A stretch of 62,023 nucleotides of DNA, the filler included, from Dirinaria sp. TL-2023a (Eukaryota): assembly GCA_051941275.1 (NCBI GenBank). It is 4 parts of 4 records of this genome, joined end to end, with 100 filler letters (N's around TTAATTAATTAA, not from the genome) between each part and the next. Parts side by side here need not be neighbours in the genome. Positions count along the whole stretch, not along the records: positions 15,564 to 31,010 come from JAVEBF010000547.1; positions 31,111 to 46,556 come from JAVEBF010000548.1; 2 more parts are not named here. One strand, written 5' to 3'. The position numbers and the translations under genes are program-made. Within the stretch, counting starts at the first letter, position 1. Each line of letters opens with the position of its first letter. The notes below the pieces were generated by a model that had not been told where the DNA came from, made no database searches, and saw nothing but the letters and a program-made list of their open reading frames with translations. Positions 23,679-37,600 of the stretch are shown here, piece by piece.

Positions 23679-25231
23679 TTAGATCTGACGGCTGATGTCC
23701 ACGCGCCTGAACGCCGAATGCTTAGCGCTTTCGAAAAGATGAGAGGATTTGCCGGTCTGCAGTCTGACTGTGTCATCGCGTTCTCCGAGGAATCCTTGAC
23801 CACCATGTTCGCAAATGAACCTAGCGCTCTCATCATCGGACTCGAAGCCGAGCTCTTCAGTGATGAAGCGTAGCCTCACGTCAGGCTTGTATCTGCTCGT
23901 AGCGTTAGCTTTTGGCCCTGTATCCTGGCGACAGTTGGCATACGCTTTACATATGTTTGACAGAGCTGCTAGGCGCTCACGGCCGACAAACATGTCCATA
24001 AGATATGCACCCATGTTTGGCGTGTCGAGGTATAGCTGAAAGAAACGATGATAGTTCCCCAGCGCCAAAGCCGAGCGAGCATCTAGCGCATGCTTAACTG
24101 CCTCGTCCTTCTTCTCTGCTGTTGTTAGATCTGCTAAAACATCGTTCATGTCGGTCCGATTGCATGTATGAATAAAATAGAGGATACGATAGGCCTTAAA
24201 CTCCATGGGGTGGCCCCCAAGATTCTGCGAATACAGTGCACGTAGCTGCGTCTGGCACTGATTATACTCACCCAAATCCCCCTTTTCCAACGCGATCCTG
24301 GCGTGGATCTCATACACATTCACGGTAAATTCAGTCTTAATATGCTGCACAGTCAGATCCTGACGTAAAGATTTGAACTGATCACAGATGTAGGAATAGT
24401 TGTTCTCTTTTCTCCATTTCTTCTTTAGGAGATCAAGCGTTTTCTCTAAGACCTCCAAAGGGCGAACATGCATCGGATTGGGTGCAGATGTGAGCCGGAA
24501 ATATTTCTTCTCGAGGTCCTGGCAGCGACCAACGACAGGGCCTGGATCTTCCTCCTTCACGTTGAGGTTTGAGACGGCAGATATTGAGGACGGCGGTGGG
24601 ACATAGGCAGTTTGACCGCTTTCAAACCGCTTCTTCCGATTCTCTATATGATGCTGTGACTTACTTGATGTTTTTCCAGACATGTCATTCTTTGGGCGTT
24701 TGTCCGGGTAGGATATACGGTCCTCGAAAACATTTCGGTTGTTAGTAGCTCGCCATGGCGGTTGGACCCGGTTTCCTGCTTGCGAATCATCCCATTCGGA
24801 AGACTTCCTTTTCTTCGTGTTATTGGGATCTAGGTTAGTTGTAGCAGGGCTAACAGTAGGAAAATTGTTCCCCAAGACAGGGATCGATGGGAGTTTGACA
24901 GACTTCGCATTTTCGACATGTTCTTGCTGAATCATCTGCTGAGGCAAGGGTAGATTTGTCCAATCCACTAGGTGTAAGGTATTACTTGATGCCGACTCAG
25001 AGATTGTTTGCTTCAGCTTAGTCTCCATCTCTTGACGGCTGATGCCCGGGAGACTGTTCTCCGCAGCAAAAGCTCTCTGGACATATTGCCGCACTGGTTC
25101 GGGCCAGTCCCTCTTCGACCTCTCTGGAGTATTGGTAGCATTCCCTGGGATTGGGACGTTCGCTTGAGTTGAAGGTTGGATGGGTCTAGCGAAGGTGCGT
25201 CTTGCGGATACAGCAGTAAATGCATTGTTGG
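23679..25231 (-). CDS. THP3: SAC3/GANP/THP3 (LENG8-like) PCI-domain protein; 5' exon(s) not resolved
   Basis: VVGRCQDLEKKYFRLTSAP..VRP, YICDQFKSLRQDLTVQHI, YEIHARIALEKGDLGEYNQCQTQL. The frame extends upstream to a splice acceptor near 25232. Confidence 0.88.
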
Positions 25232-25781
25232 CTAAGATAGAAGAAAATAAGCATGTTATTGAAAACGAAATTTTTCGCTAAGCTGCGATGAGGTCTTTCA
25301 GGACAGGCTATAATCATGAGAGAAATAATACTCACACGACATCGTCGAGTGAACGAAAAGATCCGGGGAAATGTCAATGTGTGGTAACACTCATGAAGGA
25401 GAATAAGCAAACAAGGTTCTTGACAGGAGAATAAGTTTGGGACTGCGCTTCGACTGTAGCAGCACTACATCGCCAAATGGCCATGAAGCGATAGCATATT
25501 GTTACGCAACTTGGATGATGATGATGAGAGAGAGAGAGAAATCTAGCGAAGCGATAAAGTAAAGCACATGGTGAGTGATGGAACAATCCATGCCGTATTT
25601 TATCGATGGTGGATACCGGATACACTTAGCGGTAATATTCGTTACCCCTGACAACCACGAAGGTTTGCAAGTCTCTCATTCAGGCATCATTTTCTGCAGC
25701 GAGCCCACTCATTAACTACTCACGAAAATTAACAAGGTCAGATTTTTGACCGAGCAACATCGTGGCTATCCATCTACAGCT

Positions 25782-27142
25782 ATGGCGATCCGAACCATTG
25801 AATCGCGCCTGGAACACATGTCAATCAATGACGAGAATGAACCTGCTAATGGAGGATCCATGTACCAGAAGTCAAAGGTTGGTGTTTTCTTTGTCAAAAG
25901 AGATACATACTGAGAATCGTGTAGGTTTCCCTATCTGCAGCAATTCCGTTATCAGGTCTTGGTGCAAAAAACCAATTAACTTCAAATCCCAATCGCTCAA
26001 ACCTTCTGAAAATCGCTCTTCAAAATAACAACGATGCAATCACGAAGTCGACGACGGCGACTACAGTCAATCTCGTCTCGCCCTCACCCCAATGGCCTAC
26101 GTTGAACATGCCGCCAGCAGCTCCATCTCCGCCTCGGAGAAATCCTAGTAGTACCTCCTCAACTCGGTGCTCTGACGATAACGCTTTACAGCGTCTGTCC
26201 AATCCCCCAATATACGAGCAACCCCAGCCAAAGAAATTTCACCTGGGAATGTTTGAGATTGGCAAACCATTAGGCAAAGGCAAATTTGGACGAGTGTACC
26301 TTGCAAAAGAACGGACGACGGGGTTTGTATGTGCATTGAAGGTGCTTCATAAGAGCGAGCTGCAACAAGGAAAGGTCGAAAAGCAAGTCCGCCGAGAGAT
26401 CGAGATTCACAGTAACCTCCGTCATCCGAGCATTCTTCGATTCTACGGCCATTTTCATGACAGCAAGCGGGTCTTCTTGATCCTTGAATTCGCCGGCAAA
26501 GGAGAATTGTATAAACATCTGCGCCGAGAGAGCAGATTCCCCGAGTGGAAAGCTGCGCAGTACATTGCACAAATGGCGGCTGCGTTGAAATATTTGCACA
26601 AGAAGCATGTCATGCATCGTGACATTAAGCCAGAGAATATCTTGCTTGGAATCCACGGTGAGATTAAGATATCCGATTTTGGCTGGAGCGTGCATGCACC
26701 AAACAATCGAAGGAACACCATGTGCGGGACATTGGACTACTTGCCACCAGAAATGCTGAAGCCAGGAAGCCAAGACAATTTCTACAATGAAAAGGTCGAT
26801 CTGTGGAGTTTAGGCGTGCTTACTTACGAGTTCTTGGTCGGAGAGGCACCCTTCGAAGACACGCCAATCATGACGCAAAAAAGGATTGCAAGAGGGGAGA
26901 TGACTGTTCCTGGTTTTGTGAGCAAAGAGGCAGCTGATTTGATAAGACGGGTAGGTGACCTCGCTGTTGTATGTGGACTGATTCTGACAAACCCTTAGCT
27001 GCTAGTTCTTGATCCAGAGAAGCGCATCACGCTGGACGATGTGCAAAAGCACCCGTGGATAGTAAAGCATTGCATCAAAGGCGAGAGGGCAACACAGAGA
27101 AGTTTGGGGGCCAAGGAGTCGAAGGCCGCCGGCCAAGAATAG
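25782..27142 (+). CDS. IPL1: Aurora kinase (Ipl1/Ark1), 3 exons
   Basis: [54 protein letters not shown]; last exon 26999-27142 [10 protein letters not shown]...HPWI. Confidence 0.95.
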
Positions 27143-27319
27143 TCGACATGTAGACGTCTTTGGCTGGTAAACAACATAAAAGACCTCATGTTTAGGCACT
27201 GCTGGGGGATCCGCATGAATGCATCGTGCTCGGAGTTGAGGGGTATCTTATGAGCTCTGAAAGCTGCAATACTGTTTGTGCTCCTGAAGCATAGGACTTT
27301 GATCCAGTCCAGACTTCGA

Positions 27320-28150
27320 TCACCGGTAAATCTCGTCGAAGGGTCTTGTGTCTGCAAAGCAGCTATCCCACACCTCGTTGACCGCTTTCGCCGCCTCCAC
27401 ATCGTCTTTACAGAATGGCCTTCCAGCAACAGAAAGCGTAGCTCGCCGCCTCACGCATTCTTGGTGCTGTTGCGTGAACTTCCACTGGCCTCGAGCAAAG
27501 AATTCGCGTGCCCATCTACATTCCCCGCTCAAAGACGAGGCTCTGATCTCCGTACATGCGGCGTGCCGCAAATTCTTCTCCCAATCCACCTTAAACCGCA
27601 GATGATCGTATGCGTGCATCATTTCTATTTCGACGATCAGCCTTCACCAGGCTCTCGATCTGAGAGTAGTCGACCGCTTTTACCGTGTGCCAAAGTATCT
27701 TCCATGTCCCCCCTGCTCCGTATCGAGTTGGCACATATCTGCACTCCGTATTCGGGATCGAAGCCACCAGTTCGCAACGTATCGCATCGGTGGCAGTAGA
27801 TATTCCGCTCATTTAGGTCTCCACCTAGCTGTTTGATTTTCTCCTGCATGAAGTGGATGATGGGGCCTGCGAGAAATGTCGCGGTTAGCCATCTACATCC
27901 CAGCTCGGATGTCTTTCAACCTATCTCTCGTACTCCTCGATAACAGGTGGTCCCTGTACTTTTCACATTTTTTGCAATCTGCCTCTTCGTAGCGGTAATC
28001 CCGTGCCTTCTTGTATTGTAGCATTCCTTCGTGGCTCATACGCCCTAAGATCAGGTTGAAGGTATTTCGCCATCTTGTCCAGCCGTCGTCACCAGGTCGG
28101 AAACCTGTATCCTTGGTCTCTGGCGCTGATTTACTCTCGTCGCTTGACAT
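27320..28150 (-). CDS. ATP23: Mitochondrial inner-membrane metalloprotease Atp23, 3 exons
   Basis: [28 protein letters not shown] (HExxH split by an intron), [17 protein letters not shown]-terminal [10 protein letters not shown]. Confidence 0.94.
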
Positions 28151-28358
28151 CGAGGTAGCTAGAACGCGACACCAAGGTTGGATGGTCGGGGGTTGCGTTT
28201 ATCTATGATAGATTGGAATGCCGAGACCGGTCAATTTCCGGCGCCGCCGGACTCTCCCTCGTCTTACCTCGAAAAATTTTAACAGACTCAAATTAGTTTA
28301 ACGCTATTCGACTACCAGATATGTCAAAGAGTCCGAATATCAAAAGAGGAACTGGGCA

Positions 28359-29958
28359 ATGGGGGACCGCAACACTCCAAAGGTAAGCGTGAAGACTCAG
28401 CACAGACTGACCATCGTCATCAAGCTTGGTATGCAATTCGCTACAACGTAGACCATTGAAAACCCTGCGCTAACCCAATCGCAATGAACAGGCTCCAGCT
28501 CCATCGTCGACGAAGTGACACATCAGCCTATTCTCTCAGTGCTCTCAGCAATCGTTGAAGCAGCGGTCAAGCTTCACAAAGATGGACACCGAGTCGTCAT
28601 CGTCTCCTCAGGGGCTATTGCCGTGGGCCTGCGACGCATGGACATAGAGAAGAAGCCCAAAGCATTGGCAAAAATACAGGTGGAGTGCACTGGTAGCTGT
28701 GTCTTTTGGGAATATTCCTACTGATGCTTCTACAGGCGCTGGCAGCTGTTGGACAATGTCGATTGATTAGCTGTTGGGACAGCCTGTTCGCTTACTTGCG
28801 TCAGCCAATCGCCCAGATCCTTCTCACAAGGAATGATATTGCAGATGTAGGTGCTACTACTCTGCAGATGTGCAGTTGACCCAGCTGAGAAGAGGCTAGC
28901 GAACGCAATATCTCAATGCGCAAAATACCTTCACGGAGCTGCTGAGCATGGGTGTCATTCCTATAGTCAATGAAAATGATACTTTAGCTGTCTCTGTATG
29001 CGGTACCCGTCCTCGATTATATACAGCCAGCTAAGTACTTCGACAGGAAATCAAGTTCGGGGACAATGACACCCTCTCAGCCATAACCGCCGCCATGGTC
29101 CAGGCAGACTACCTGTTTCTCATGACCGACGTCGACTGCCTGTTCGATAAAAACCCTCGAACAAATCCTGACGCCCAACCTATTGAGCTCATTAGCGACA
29201 TCTCAAATTTGGTGGCCGATGTCTCTTCCGCTGGCTCGACGCTTGGTACTGGTGGGATGTCAACCAAAATCGTGGCCGCTCGACTTGCTACCTCGGCCGG
29301 CGTGACGACGGTGATCACGCGATCTTCGAAACCGGGGAACATCGTCGACATCGTCCGCTATGCCGAGGCGTCCAAGCCGACCTTATCAGACTCGACCTCT
29401 CTAGCCTCAGAACCTATCGACACACCTCCCCTTTCCAGCTCAGTCTCGTCTCTCCACATCGAGACACCCAGCAGGCCCCCGCTGCACACCAGGTTCCTCC
29501 CAGATCCGCATCCGATACGTGATCGCTCATTTTGGCTTCTGCACGGACTCGCCGCTCACGGGGCCGTCTACATCGACGAAGGCGCACACCGAGCTCTGGC
29601 CGCGAAAGCGGGTCTGCTTCCCGCAGGCGTCATCGACGTGGAAGGCACCTTCAGCCAGCAGGAAGCGGTTCGATTGATCGTGCGCAGCCGGAAAAAAAAG
29701 CAATCGCCCCTGATATCACCAACACCGGGTACGAGTACAGCGGACGGCGTGGGCGAGGACGGCCCCGCACTGTGGGAAGTCGGCCGCGCACTGGTGAATT
29801 ACTCGTCCGCAGAGATTGCACGGATCAAAGGGCTGCAGAGCACCGAGATCCGGTCGGTGCTCGGCTACGCGGACTCGGAGTACGTGGCTTTGCGGGAAAA
29901 TATCAGTCTGACGAAACGAGATCGGAGTAGCAGACCTGCTACCCCTACGCCATTGTGA
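28359..29958 (+). CDS. PRO1: Glutamate 5-kinase with C-terminal PUA domain, multi-exon
   Basis: [63 protein letters not shown] region GLLPAGV...[15 protein letters not shown]. Confidence 0.94.
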
Positions 29959-30387
29959 TGCAGAAGAAAAAGAAAAAAAATCCTAGCTCGGGCAAGAGTT
30001 AAGAGATTAAAAAGGTTGCAAAAGCTTTTGTTTTCTTTTTTTTTGTGTTGGCGATTTGTATTCAGATAAAAGCATACCCTTAGCTAAGTATCTTACCTCA
30101 AATGTAAATCCCTCTCGTACGAGTACCGAAACGAGGATCGCTCACATCTTACCATGACTCTTATTGCCCCCTTTTGCAAAGAGAAAAAAAAAAAAGCTCC
30201 ATGCCATCAATAGATGTCCAGACCAGACTATTTCGTATCCATCCATCCATAATCGCCCATCCTCTCTTCCCTTTCCCCAACGCACGCACCCACGCACAAA
30301 TAAACAAACAAACAAGCTTCCTCCCTTTGAAAATCCACAGATACAGTAGTAACTTCCCGCCCCAAACCCACATATGCTATGCTATCG

Positions 30388-31010
30388 CTATCGCGCATCC
30401 AGCATCTGACTACTCCCACTATGCGGCGTCACATCCTCGATCTCCAGGGCCCACTCATCAACCTCCTTGAACTTCGCCGCCAGCCGCCTCATCTCGCTCT
30501 TCGCGGCCGCCGCGGACCCGTATCCCTCCGCCCCTCCTCTCTTATTCTTTTTCTTCCTCTCCACTAATCCATCATCATCCCGTCCTTCTTCTTCTTCGCT
30601 AGACCCGGTCTCCTCGGCTTCACTGACCGCGTTGTTTTCGTCGGATCCTGCATGCACTTGCTGCACTTGCTGCTGCTGTTTCCTGCCATAGGTAGCACTG
30701 ACCCTCCCAGTCAAATTCTTGGCAGGGATGGGTTTTTTTCCTGGGTTTTTCGGTTTTGCGGGGGCAGCTGTTGTGGTTGTTGGGCGGCTTGTTTTGGGTT
30801 TGGGTTTGGGCTTGGGTTTGGATTTGGATTTGGGCGGTTTGTGTAAGCTCAGTTCGTCTTGCTCTTCGGAGCTGAGTTCCGCGTCGCTACTGCTGGGGAT
30901 GTCGAATGTGGAGGTTAGCCCTGTGTTCCGCCGGCGCGGGAGAAGGTTCTGCAGGCTTGCTGTTGCGAGGGGTTTCGTTGACGGCTTTTTTGGCGGGGAG
31001 CGCAGGGGGG
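30388..31010 (-). CDS. Sororin-like protein, C-terminal part (5'-truncated by contig end)
   Basis: Open frame from the contig edge; disordered basic/acidic sequence ending in RRLAAKFKEVDEWALEIEDV, matching the sororin C-terminal F.E..x.L..E motif. Confidence 0.6.
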
Positions 31011-31110
31011 NNNNNNNNNNNNNNNNNNNNNNNNNNNNNNNNNNNNNNNNNNNNTTAATTAATTAANNNNNNNNNNNNNNNNNNNNNNNNNNNNNNNNNN
31101 NNNNNNNNNN
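31011..31110. other. Artificial contig spacer N44-TTAATTAATTAA-N44
   Basis: Identical 100-bp linker. Confidence 0.98.
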
Positions 31111-31140
31111 CCTCTTTGGGCCCCTGCTTCCAGTCTCCCC

Positions 31141-33157
31141 TCATGTCAACGGCAGCTTCATATTCACGCCTCCACTCGTGTTATCCGCCTGCGCCTGCTC
31201 GTGCGGTTTCTCCGACTTGGCCTTCTCGGTCCAGCGATCGACGACTTCGTCCACGTTCTTGCGGTACTCGCGCTGCGAGTGACATTGCTCCAGGAAGACC
31301 TTGTACTTGATGGTCAGGAGCTCCTTCTCATGCGGATCCGAGCTGGGAGCCACGACGCGACCCGGTTTCGACATGCGGTCCATGATATCCCACAGCGGCT
31401 CCGTTTTGCCGTCCTTGTCTGCCGACGCCGCTTTGGCGCCCAGCATGGCCGCGCCATGCACCACGGCCGCGTGGACGTACTGCGGGATCAGCACCGGCAT
31501 GTCGCACGCCGACGCCATCAGCCGCATCAGGATCTCGTTCTGGCATTGGCTGCCCGACATGAAGATGCTGTGGATCTGGTGGCCGGATTCATTCATCGTC
31601 TCGATAATTTGGTGCGTTTGTAACGCGATGAACTCCATTGTTGCGTAGTAGTACAGCGCCAGGCCGTCCATGGACTTATCGTTGCTGAGGCCGATCACCG
31701 ACCCCGTCATCCTCGGATCGGCGATGGGGGAGCGGTTGCCAAATAGATCGCCGTAGAAGAAGAAATGGCGGCCGAGCCAGGAAATGGTGGGTGCATTTTG
31801 CTTTTTTCGCATCTCTCTGAGGTGCTCGTTGAGGTAGTCGTAGATGTTCGTGTTGTAGCTCTCGGCTATCGACATTGTCTGCGAAAACGCAGGATGCGTT
31901 TCCAGCACATGCTTTAGCAGCTCGCCAGTAGCGCTTTGTCCACCCTCGGCCATCCAGTAGCCCGGGATCAAAACATCACGATATGGGCCCCAAACGCCCT
32001 GAACGAAAACCGGCTTTGGAGACATGGCGATGTGGCAAGTTGAAGTACCAGCAACGGCCGCCAGACGCGTGAAAGCTTGCGATTTGTCATTGCTGGCGGC
32101 GCTGGAATCAAGTTCGTGATCCCCGAGCTTGACTTTGGCACCAACAGTGCCGATCCAGCCTGCGTAGGCATCAATGACACCGCTACCGACAGCAATTCCC
32201 GCAGGAAGACCAAGTTCATTGGCAGCTTTCTCGCTGAGTGTTCCCACCAGCTCACCGGCAGAGAACCATTTACCGTTCTACGACATATGTCTTAGCTTGG
32301 TATGAGAAAAGAATACTGGAGACTTACAACCCCATTCACGCCTCCCAGCCGCTTGCAGTTGTCTTCGGTCAATTCTCCCAGACCAATTTCTTGCAAGAAG
32401 TCTTCTTGCCAGCCCTTGACACTGCCATCCACGCCAACAGGCACGTAACCCTGCTTGCAGACGGTGCTGCAAAAGCTTCTATTCTCGTTGCCAGTGGCCA
32501 TGTGTGTCAATGCGTCCGTCAGATCGTAGAATTTGCAGCGGTCGAACAGAGCCTTGGGCATATGATTCTTCAGCCATAAAACCTTGGGAATTTCCATCTC
32601 AATGGACATCGTCCCACCGACATAGCGTAGTAGGTTGTGTTTGGTGGCGTTAATCTTCGCCGTCTCTTCGACCGGGCGGTGATCCAGCCACAGGACGATG
32701 TTGCGGTCATTATCAAATTTAGGACTGGTCACGGAGACAGGCTCATCAGTGTCATGCGCGAAGACCGCGAGGGAGCAAGTAGCATCAAAGGCCAATCCTC
32801 GAATAGTTGAAGGGTCGATGTTGTGCTGATTGAGGATGCGCTGGACGGAATTGCAAATACAACGCCAGATGTCGTTGGTGGATTGTTCCTGTTTTTTTTG
32901 CGTCAGGCACCAGATGATTTTCGCCGGTGCTGCAGACTTACGTAGTATCCCTGTTCCGGCTGCCACAAGCCGATATTCTCGGAAGCTAAGCCGATGATGT
33001 CGCCCTTGCCATCAATGATACAGGCTCTGGCACTGCCAGTGCCGACGTCGATGCCAATGTAGTGATCCATGTGTGGGTTGAGTTCGTTGTGCGGGTCCAT
33101 GCCGGACATTTGTCTCGAATGCTGCCGGTTCGGCTGTCTGAAAGGAATGTGCGTCAT
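31141..33157 (-). CDS. FGGY-family pentulose (D-ribulose) kinase, 3 exons
   Basis: YIGIDVGTGSARA, FDATCSL, WLDHR, GGTMSIEMEIPK, IDAYAG, AGTSTCH, GVWGPY, EGGQSATG, GNRSPIADP. Confidence 0.92.
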
Positions 33158-34688
33158 GGTGAAGCCGAGCCCTTGCTTGGGGGAGTGTCAGAGGAGGTCG
33201 AAGCAGTGATGATTGGTCAGGTGGTGGGGGGAGATGTGTTGCTTAGCTCGTCAAAAGCTTGAATCCGGTGTTGGGTAATTGGGACGAAGATGGGAAAGAT
33301 GAGGAGAGGGGGTCAGATCATCCGAGATTGACTTGGGATGCGTGGGGAGCAATTGGTGGTAGGAGCGGTTATGTAAGAGCAAGCTTGACGATAGTAAAAC
33401 AGAAGTGTTCAAGTTGGGAAGAGAGAGACATTGAAGGGCGCGCGGAAGATCCACGGATTAGCGTTCATGTAGTAGTGTCTGTCATGCTGAACTGCTGAAC
33501 TAGTCAATCATGCTAAGCTACTTTCATAGCGGGGACCACTCAACCAAAATCATAATAATAATGCAACTTTCAAGGGTGACGGTCGATTGATTGCAAGCAG
33601 ACTTCAGAGTCCTTCTCCAATCGGTTTGCGGGGGTCAATTGAGAATCTAGGTATGCCCTTATGAAATGCGGTCTAACCAAGCAGAAGTGCTGTAAACGGT
33701 AATACCAAAAGTAGTGATAGTGAATTACCATTCAAAAAAAAAAATGTACTGGTACAGGGTCTAACGGTCTGTACTCTGCGTCCTCAACGGTCCGACGTCA
33801 TGGTGGGGTGAAGTAGCCTAGTGGGTGGTGACTGGCCGGCTTGGCTGGCTTACTGCTATTAGGTAAGGTATCTCTGGGTATCGACGGGAGGGTCTGTACA
33901 GTAAGGTAGGACTACCTAGGTACACTATCCGTACTGTACTCGTACTCCGGACTCGTAAGCTCGCTCAACGCTTGGCGAATGACCGACCCTCGGCCCTTCT
34001 GCCCCGCTACGGCCAGCCATACCTAAGGTAAAGTACCTTAGGTACTGTACGAGTCCCTTAGATACCTACCTTACTTAGCTCCTTAGGTAGCCCATAAGAT
34101 GCCCCTCAATGCTAATCTTCTCGGCGCATTATGATTAAGGTATGGCCCCCCCCTCGCCCCGAGTGTACCGATGCCATTACTAAAGTACCATTATCGAACA
34201 CTATTTTGTCATCTGCTAACTGAAGATCACGGTATCTGGTCCGCAATACCGTTCCACGGTCCCAATTTGTGCGCTTACGGCATGGGGAAAGCTTGCAACG
34301 ACACAAGGGCTAGCAAGTCGCTGGCCTGGCAAAGTGACCTTGGTTTGGACGTCGTTCCAGGGCATGCAGGTGTCTCGGGTGTTTCCCCAAACCCTGCGTC
34401 GTCTGCCAATGGAGCTACTCTGACCCTGAGGACACGGAAGATCTGATCGTCATAGCACGATCTTCACAGTGCCATGAGGGGTCGCTCTCAACGCAGCCCA
34501 GGCTTCAGACACGGCAGTGCCATGGCCAACTGGCTTTCAGCTAGACACAGAACCCGACGTCGAGGAGATGGATCGCATACCATCGCGGATCGCATGCAAA
34601 TGCACTGATATTTTTTTCTGATGGCGCCAGCGCTCGAAAAGTTGGCTATCGCGTCGGGTAAGCTGTGGTTGCGTGGTGTAAAGTGACT

Positions 34689-37600
34689 TCACCGGGCACT
34701 AATAGCGGACATCCACTTCTGCTCGTCCTTCCCATCGAAATGCAACAGTTTTCCGAGTACAGGGATCAGCTGCTTCTGGTGATTCTTGTCCTTCTGCTCC
34801 AAGAACTGCAGGAGCACGTTCTTCAGGTAGAAATAATCCATGGAACCGAGGGCTTGGCCATTTGCTGCATCCGTAGCCGTACCAGGTGCAGAGTGGCCTG
34901 CCGGTGTTGGCGAGGCAAGACGGGATCGACCTGGTCCAGAATCAATCGACGAGCGAGACGATGGGCCACCCGAATCTATAAGCTTAGGTCTAGCGCTTTG
35001 AATTGTCCGAAGCTCCTCGGCCATGTTCTGCAGGTAGTTGTGAGTACGATGAAGGCAATCACCGGAGAAATCAGAACGTACCTTATTGGCTTTTTGAAGC
35101 TTCTCGAGACGATGCTGCGTCTCTTCCACCGACCGCCGTAATTCTGCCTTCTGCTTCTCAAGGTCTCGGGCCTGCTTTTCACTTTCATCCAGCGCATCAC
35201 GGAGCTCGCCCATAGCATTCCGCGCTTCGGCCGCTTCTTGCAAGGACCACTCGGATCTCTGCTCGAGCTCTTCACGCCGTCTTTTCCAGTCCCGTTGTGT
35301 CTGTTCAAGCTCTTCTTTGTCTTCCTCGACTCGTTTAAGGTTTCTCTCTGCCTCTCTGACTTTGTTCCGCATCTCCTCCATCTCTCGAGCTCTCCGTCTT
35401 CCTGCCATATTTGATTCGTCTTCGGCACGATCTCGCTCCTCAATGGCGGTATCCATCCGCTCTTTCATCTCCCGAACCCGCGCATCGGCTCTCCTTTCCA
35501 CATCCGCAAGGAGCCCCCTCATAGTCTCCCCCTCACGACTCCTCTCGCTCAGCAACCGATGAGCTTCAGCGACCTCGTCATCGAGACTCTCGCAGCGTTC
35601 CCTTGCCTCTTTCATTTGCATTGCCATCTCAGCAGTCTGATCACGCATACTGCTCATCAAGCTCTGTGCGCTACTGTATTGTGCTGTTTTCAGCTCGGCT
35701 TCTTCTTTCAGACCCTCGTTGTCGTTGCGGAGTCTAGAAAGCTGCTGCTCGAGTGTTCGAAGCAGAGATTTAGAATTCACTAGCTCGTCCTGTGCTTTAG
35801 AAAGATCTCTTGACAACCTGTCGATCGATTCGTTCGCTTGCCGCCTTTCGGTGGTCAATCGTTGAACCTCCTGAGCTGATCTGCTACCGGCTTCCTCGGC
35901 TTTGGTCTTATTGCTCGTCTCTTCACCAAGTTTCTGGTTTAGGATTTTGATCTCGTTGTCTCGTTCGCCCATGGTCTGCTTGAGCTTTGTTATTTCGGAA
36001 CGCATCTCTTGGTGCTTAGCTTCCAGCGTTCTGACTTCGACCTCCTTATTACTCAAGGCCACTCTTACTGATTTCAGTTCCGTATTCTCGCTCCTTAGGT
36101 TGTTCAATTCGGGCTGCGCCTTTTGTACGATAGATCTCAGTTCACTGATGTCTTTGAATCGAGCAGTAGCAAGCTGTTCAGCAGCTGATAGATCTATCTG
36201 CAAGCTGACGCTTTTTGCCTTCAGCTCCTCGAATTGAGCGAGCAGGTCATTGTGCTTCTTTTCCGAGCCAGCAGTCCTAGATGCATGAGTACCGCTAAGA
36301 TCAGCAATTTCCTTCTCCAAGTCAGATATGGTATTCTGTAAAGCGGTCTTCTCCGCCAAAAGCTCCTTTGCCCTATCCTTGGCTTCAACATGTTCCTGCC
36401 CAATATGCACCAAGTCATCGCGCAGAGACTCAATCTCGTCCCTGAGATCGTCCTGATCTTTCAACTTGTGTTGCACTTTCTCGATCGCATCATCCTTTTC
36501 TTGTAAAAGGGTGCGCAACTGTTCAAGCTCTTCTTGCAGCTTGGTGACTATGCTATCAGTCTCAACAGCCGTATCAGTCTCGGGCGGCTCTTTGCTTTCC
36601 ATCCTATTATCAGTTGGCGCACTAATTGATTCGTTGGTAGATTTGCCCTTCTTCTTCTTTTTGTTCTTCTTCTTCCCTATCGTACCTGCTTCAGCAAGGG
36701 GCGGAGTTTCTTTGATGGTGCCGGCTGCCGGTGGCTGTCTTTTGTCATTGGAGTCTTCCTGATCTGTTGCTTTCAGCTTTGCTTTTAATGCTTCCTGTAA
36801 TTCTTCCGCGGTTTCCTTTACCTCTCGCTCTCGTTCCTCGGACTCTTTCAGCTGATTACGGAGATTGCTGACGAGGCCATTGAGCGTATCTACCCGCTTT
36901 TCGTTCTTGCCAGCGTCGTCTCGTAGACCCTTCGACTCTGCCTCCAGTTCGCGAATCTTGCATTGCAACTGGTCTAGCTCCTCCTGATGATCTTTCGAGG
37001 ACTCTGCCGACGAGCGCAGAGTATCAAGCTCTTGTCTGGCTTCCTCAAGCTGCTGTTCCAATCTGCTAATAGACCTTTGATTTTGCCTATCATGCCCGAC
37101 CTTAAAAGCTGCCAACTGGTCTTCGGCAGCGTGTAAATCTGCCTTCACCTCTTCAAGCTTCTTCTGCGAAACAGATCGTTCTTCTTCCAGTCTGCCCTCC
37201 GAACGGTCTTTACGATCCCTCAGAGCGTGCAGCTCCCTGGTCGCCTCCTCAAGTGAGCTTGCCATGCTCTGCGTTGACTCCCGAGTAACTGCAAGGTCAC
37301 CTTTTAGAGTCGTGATTTCGCCTTGGAGGTCTTCAATCCTTCCCTGCTTTTCCTTGAGCTCAGCTTCCATGCGTGGCATTTCACTATCGTAAGAGAATAG
37401 CTCTTCAGGTTCTTCGCGGACTGTGGGCGATTCGATTGCCTTCGACTTCGGCGAGAAGATGGATAGGTTGGCCAGCGAACCTTTGCGAGATTTCACGGAT
37501 TCCGTAGGTGACTTCATTATAGCGCCAACCTGATCATCCTCCGGTTTTTGTTGGGCTGGAGCTTCAGAGGTCAGAGGACCACCGTTTACCTGCACTTCTG

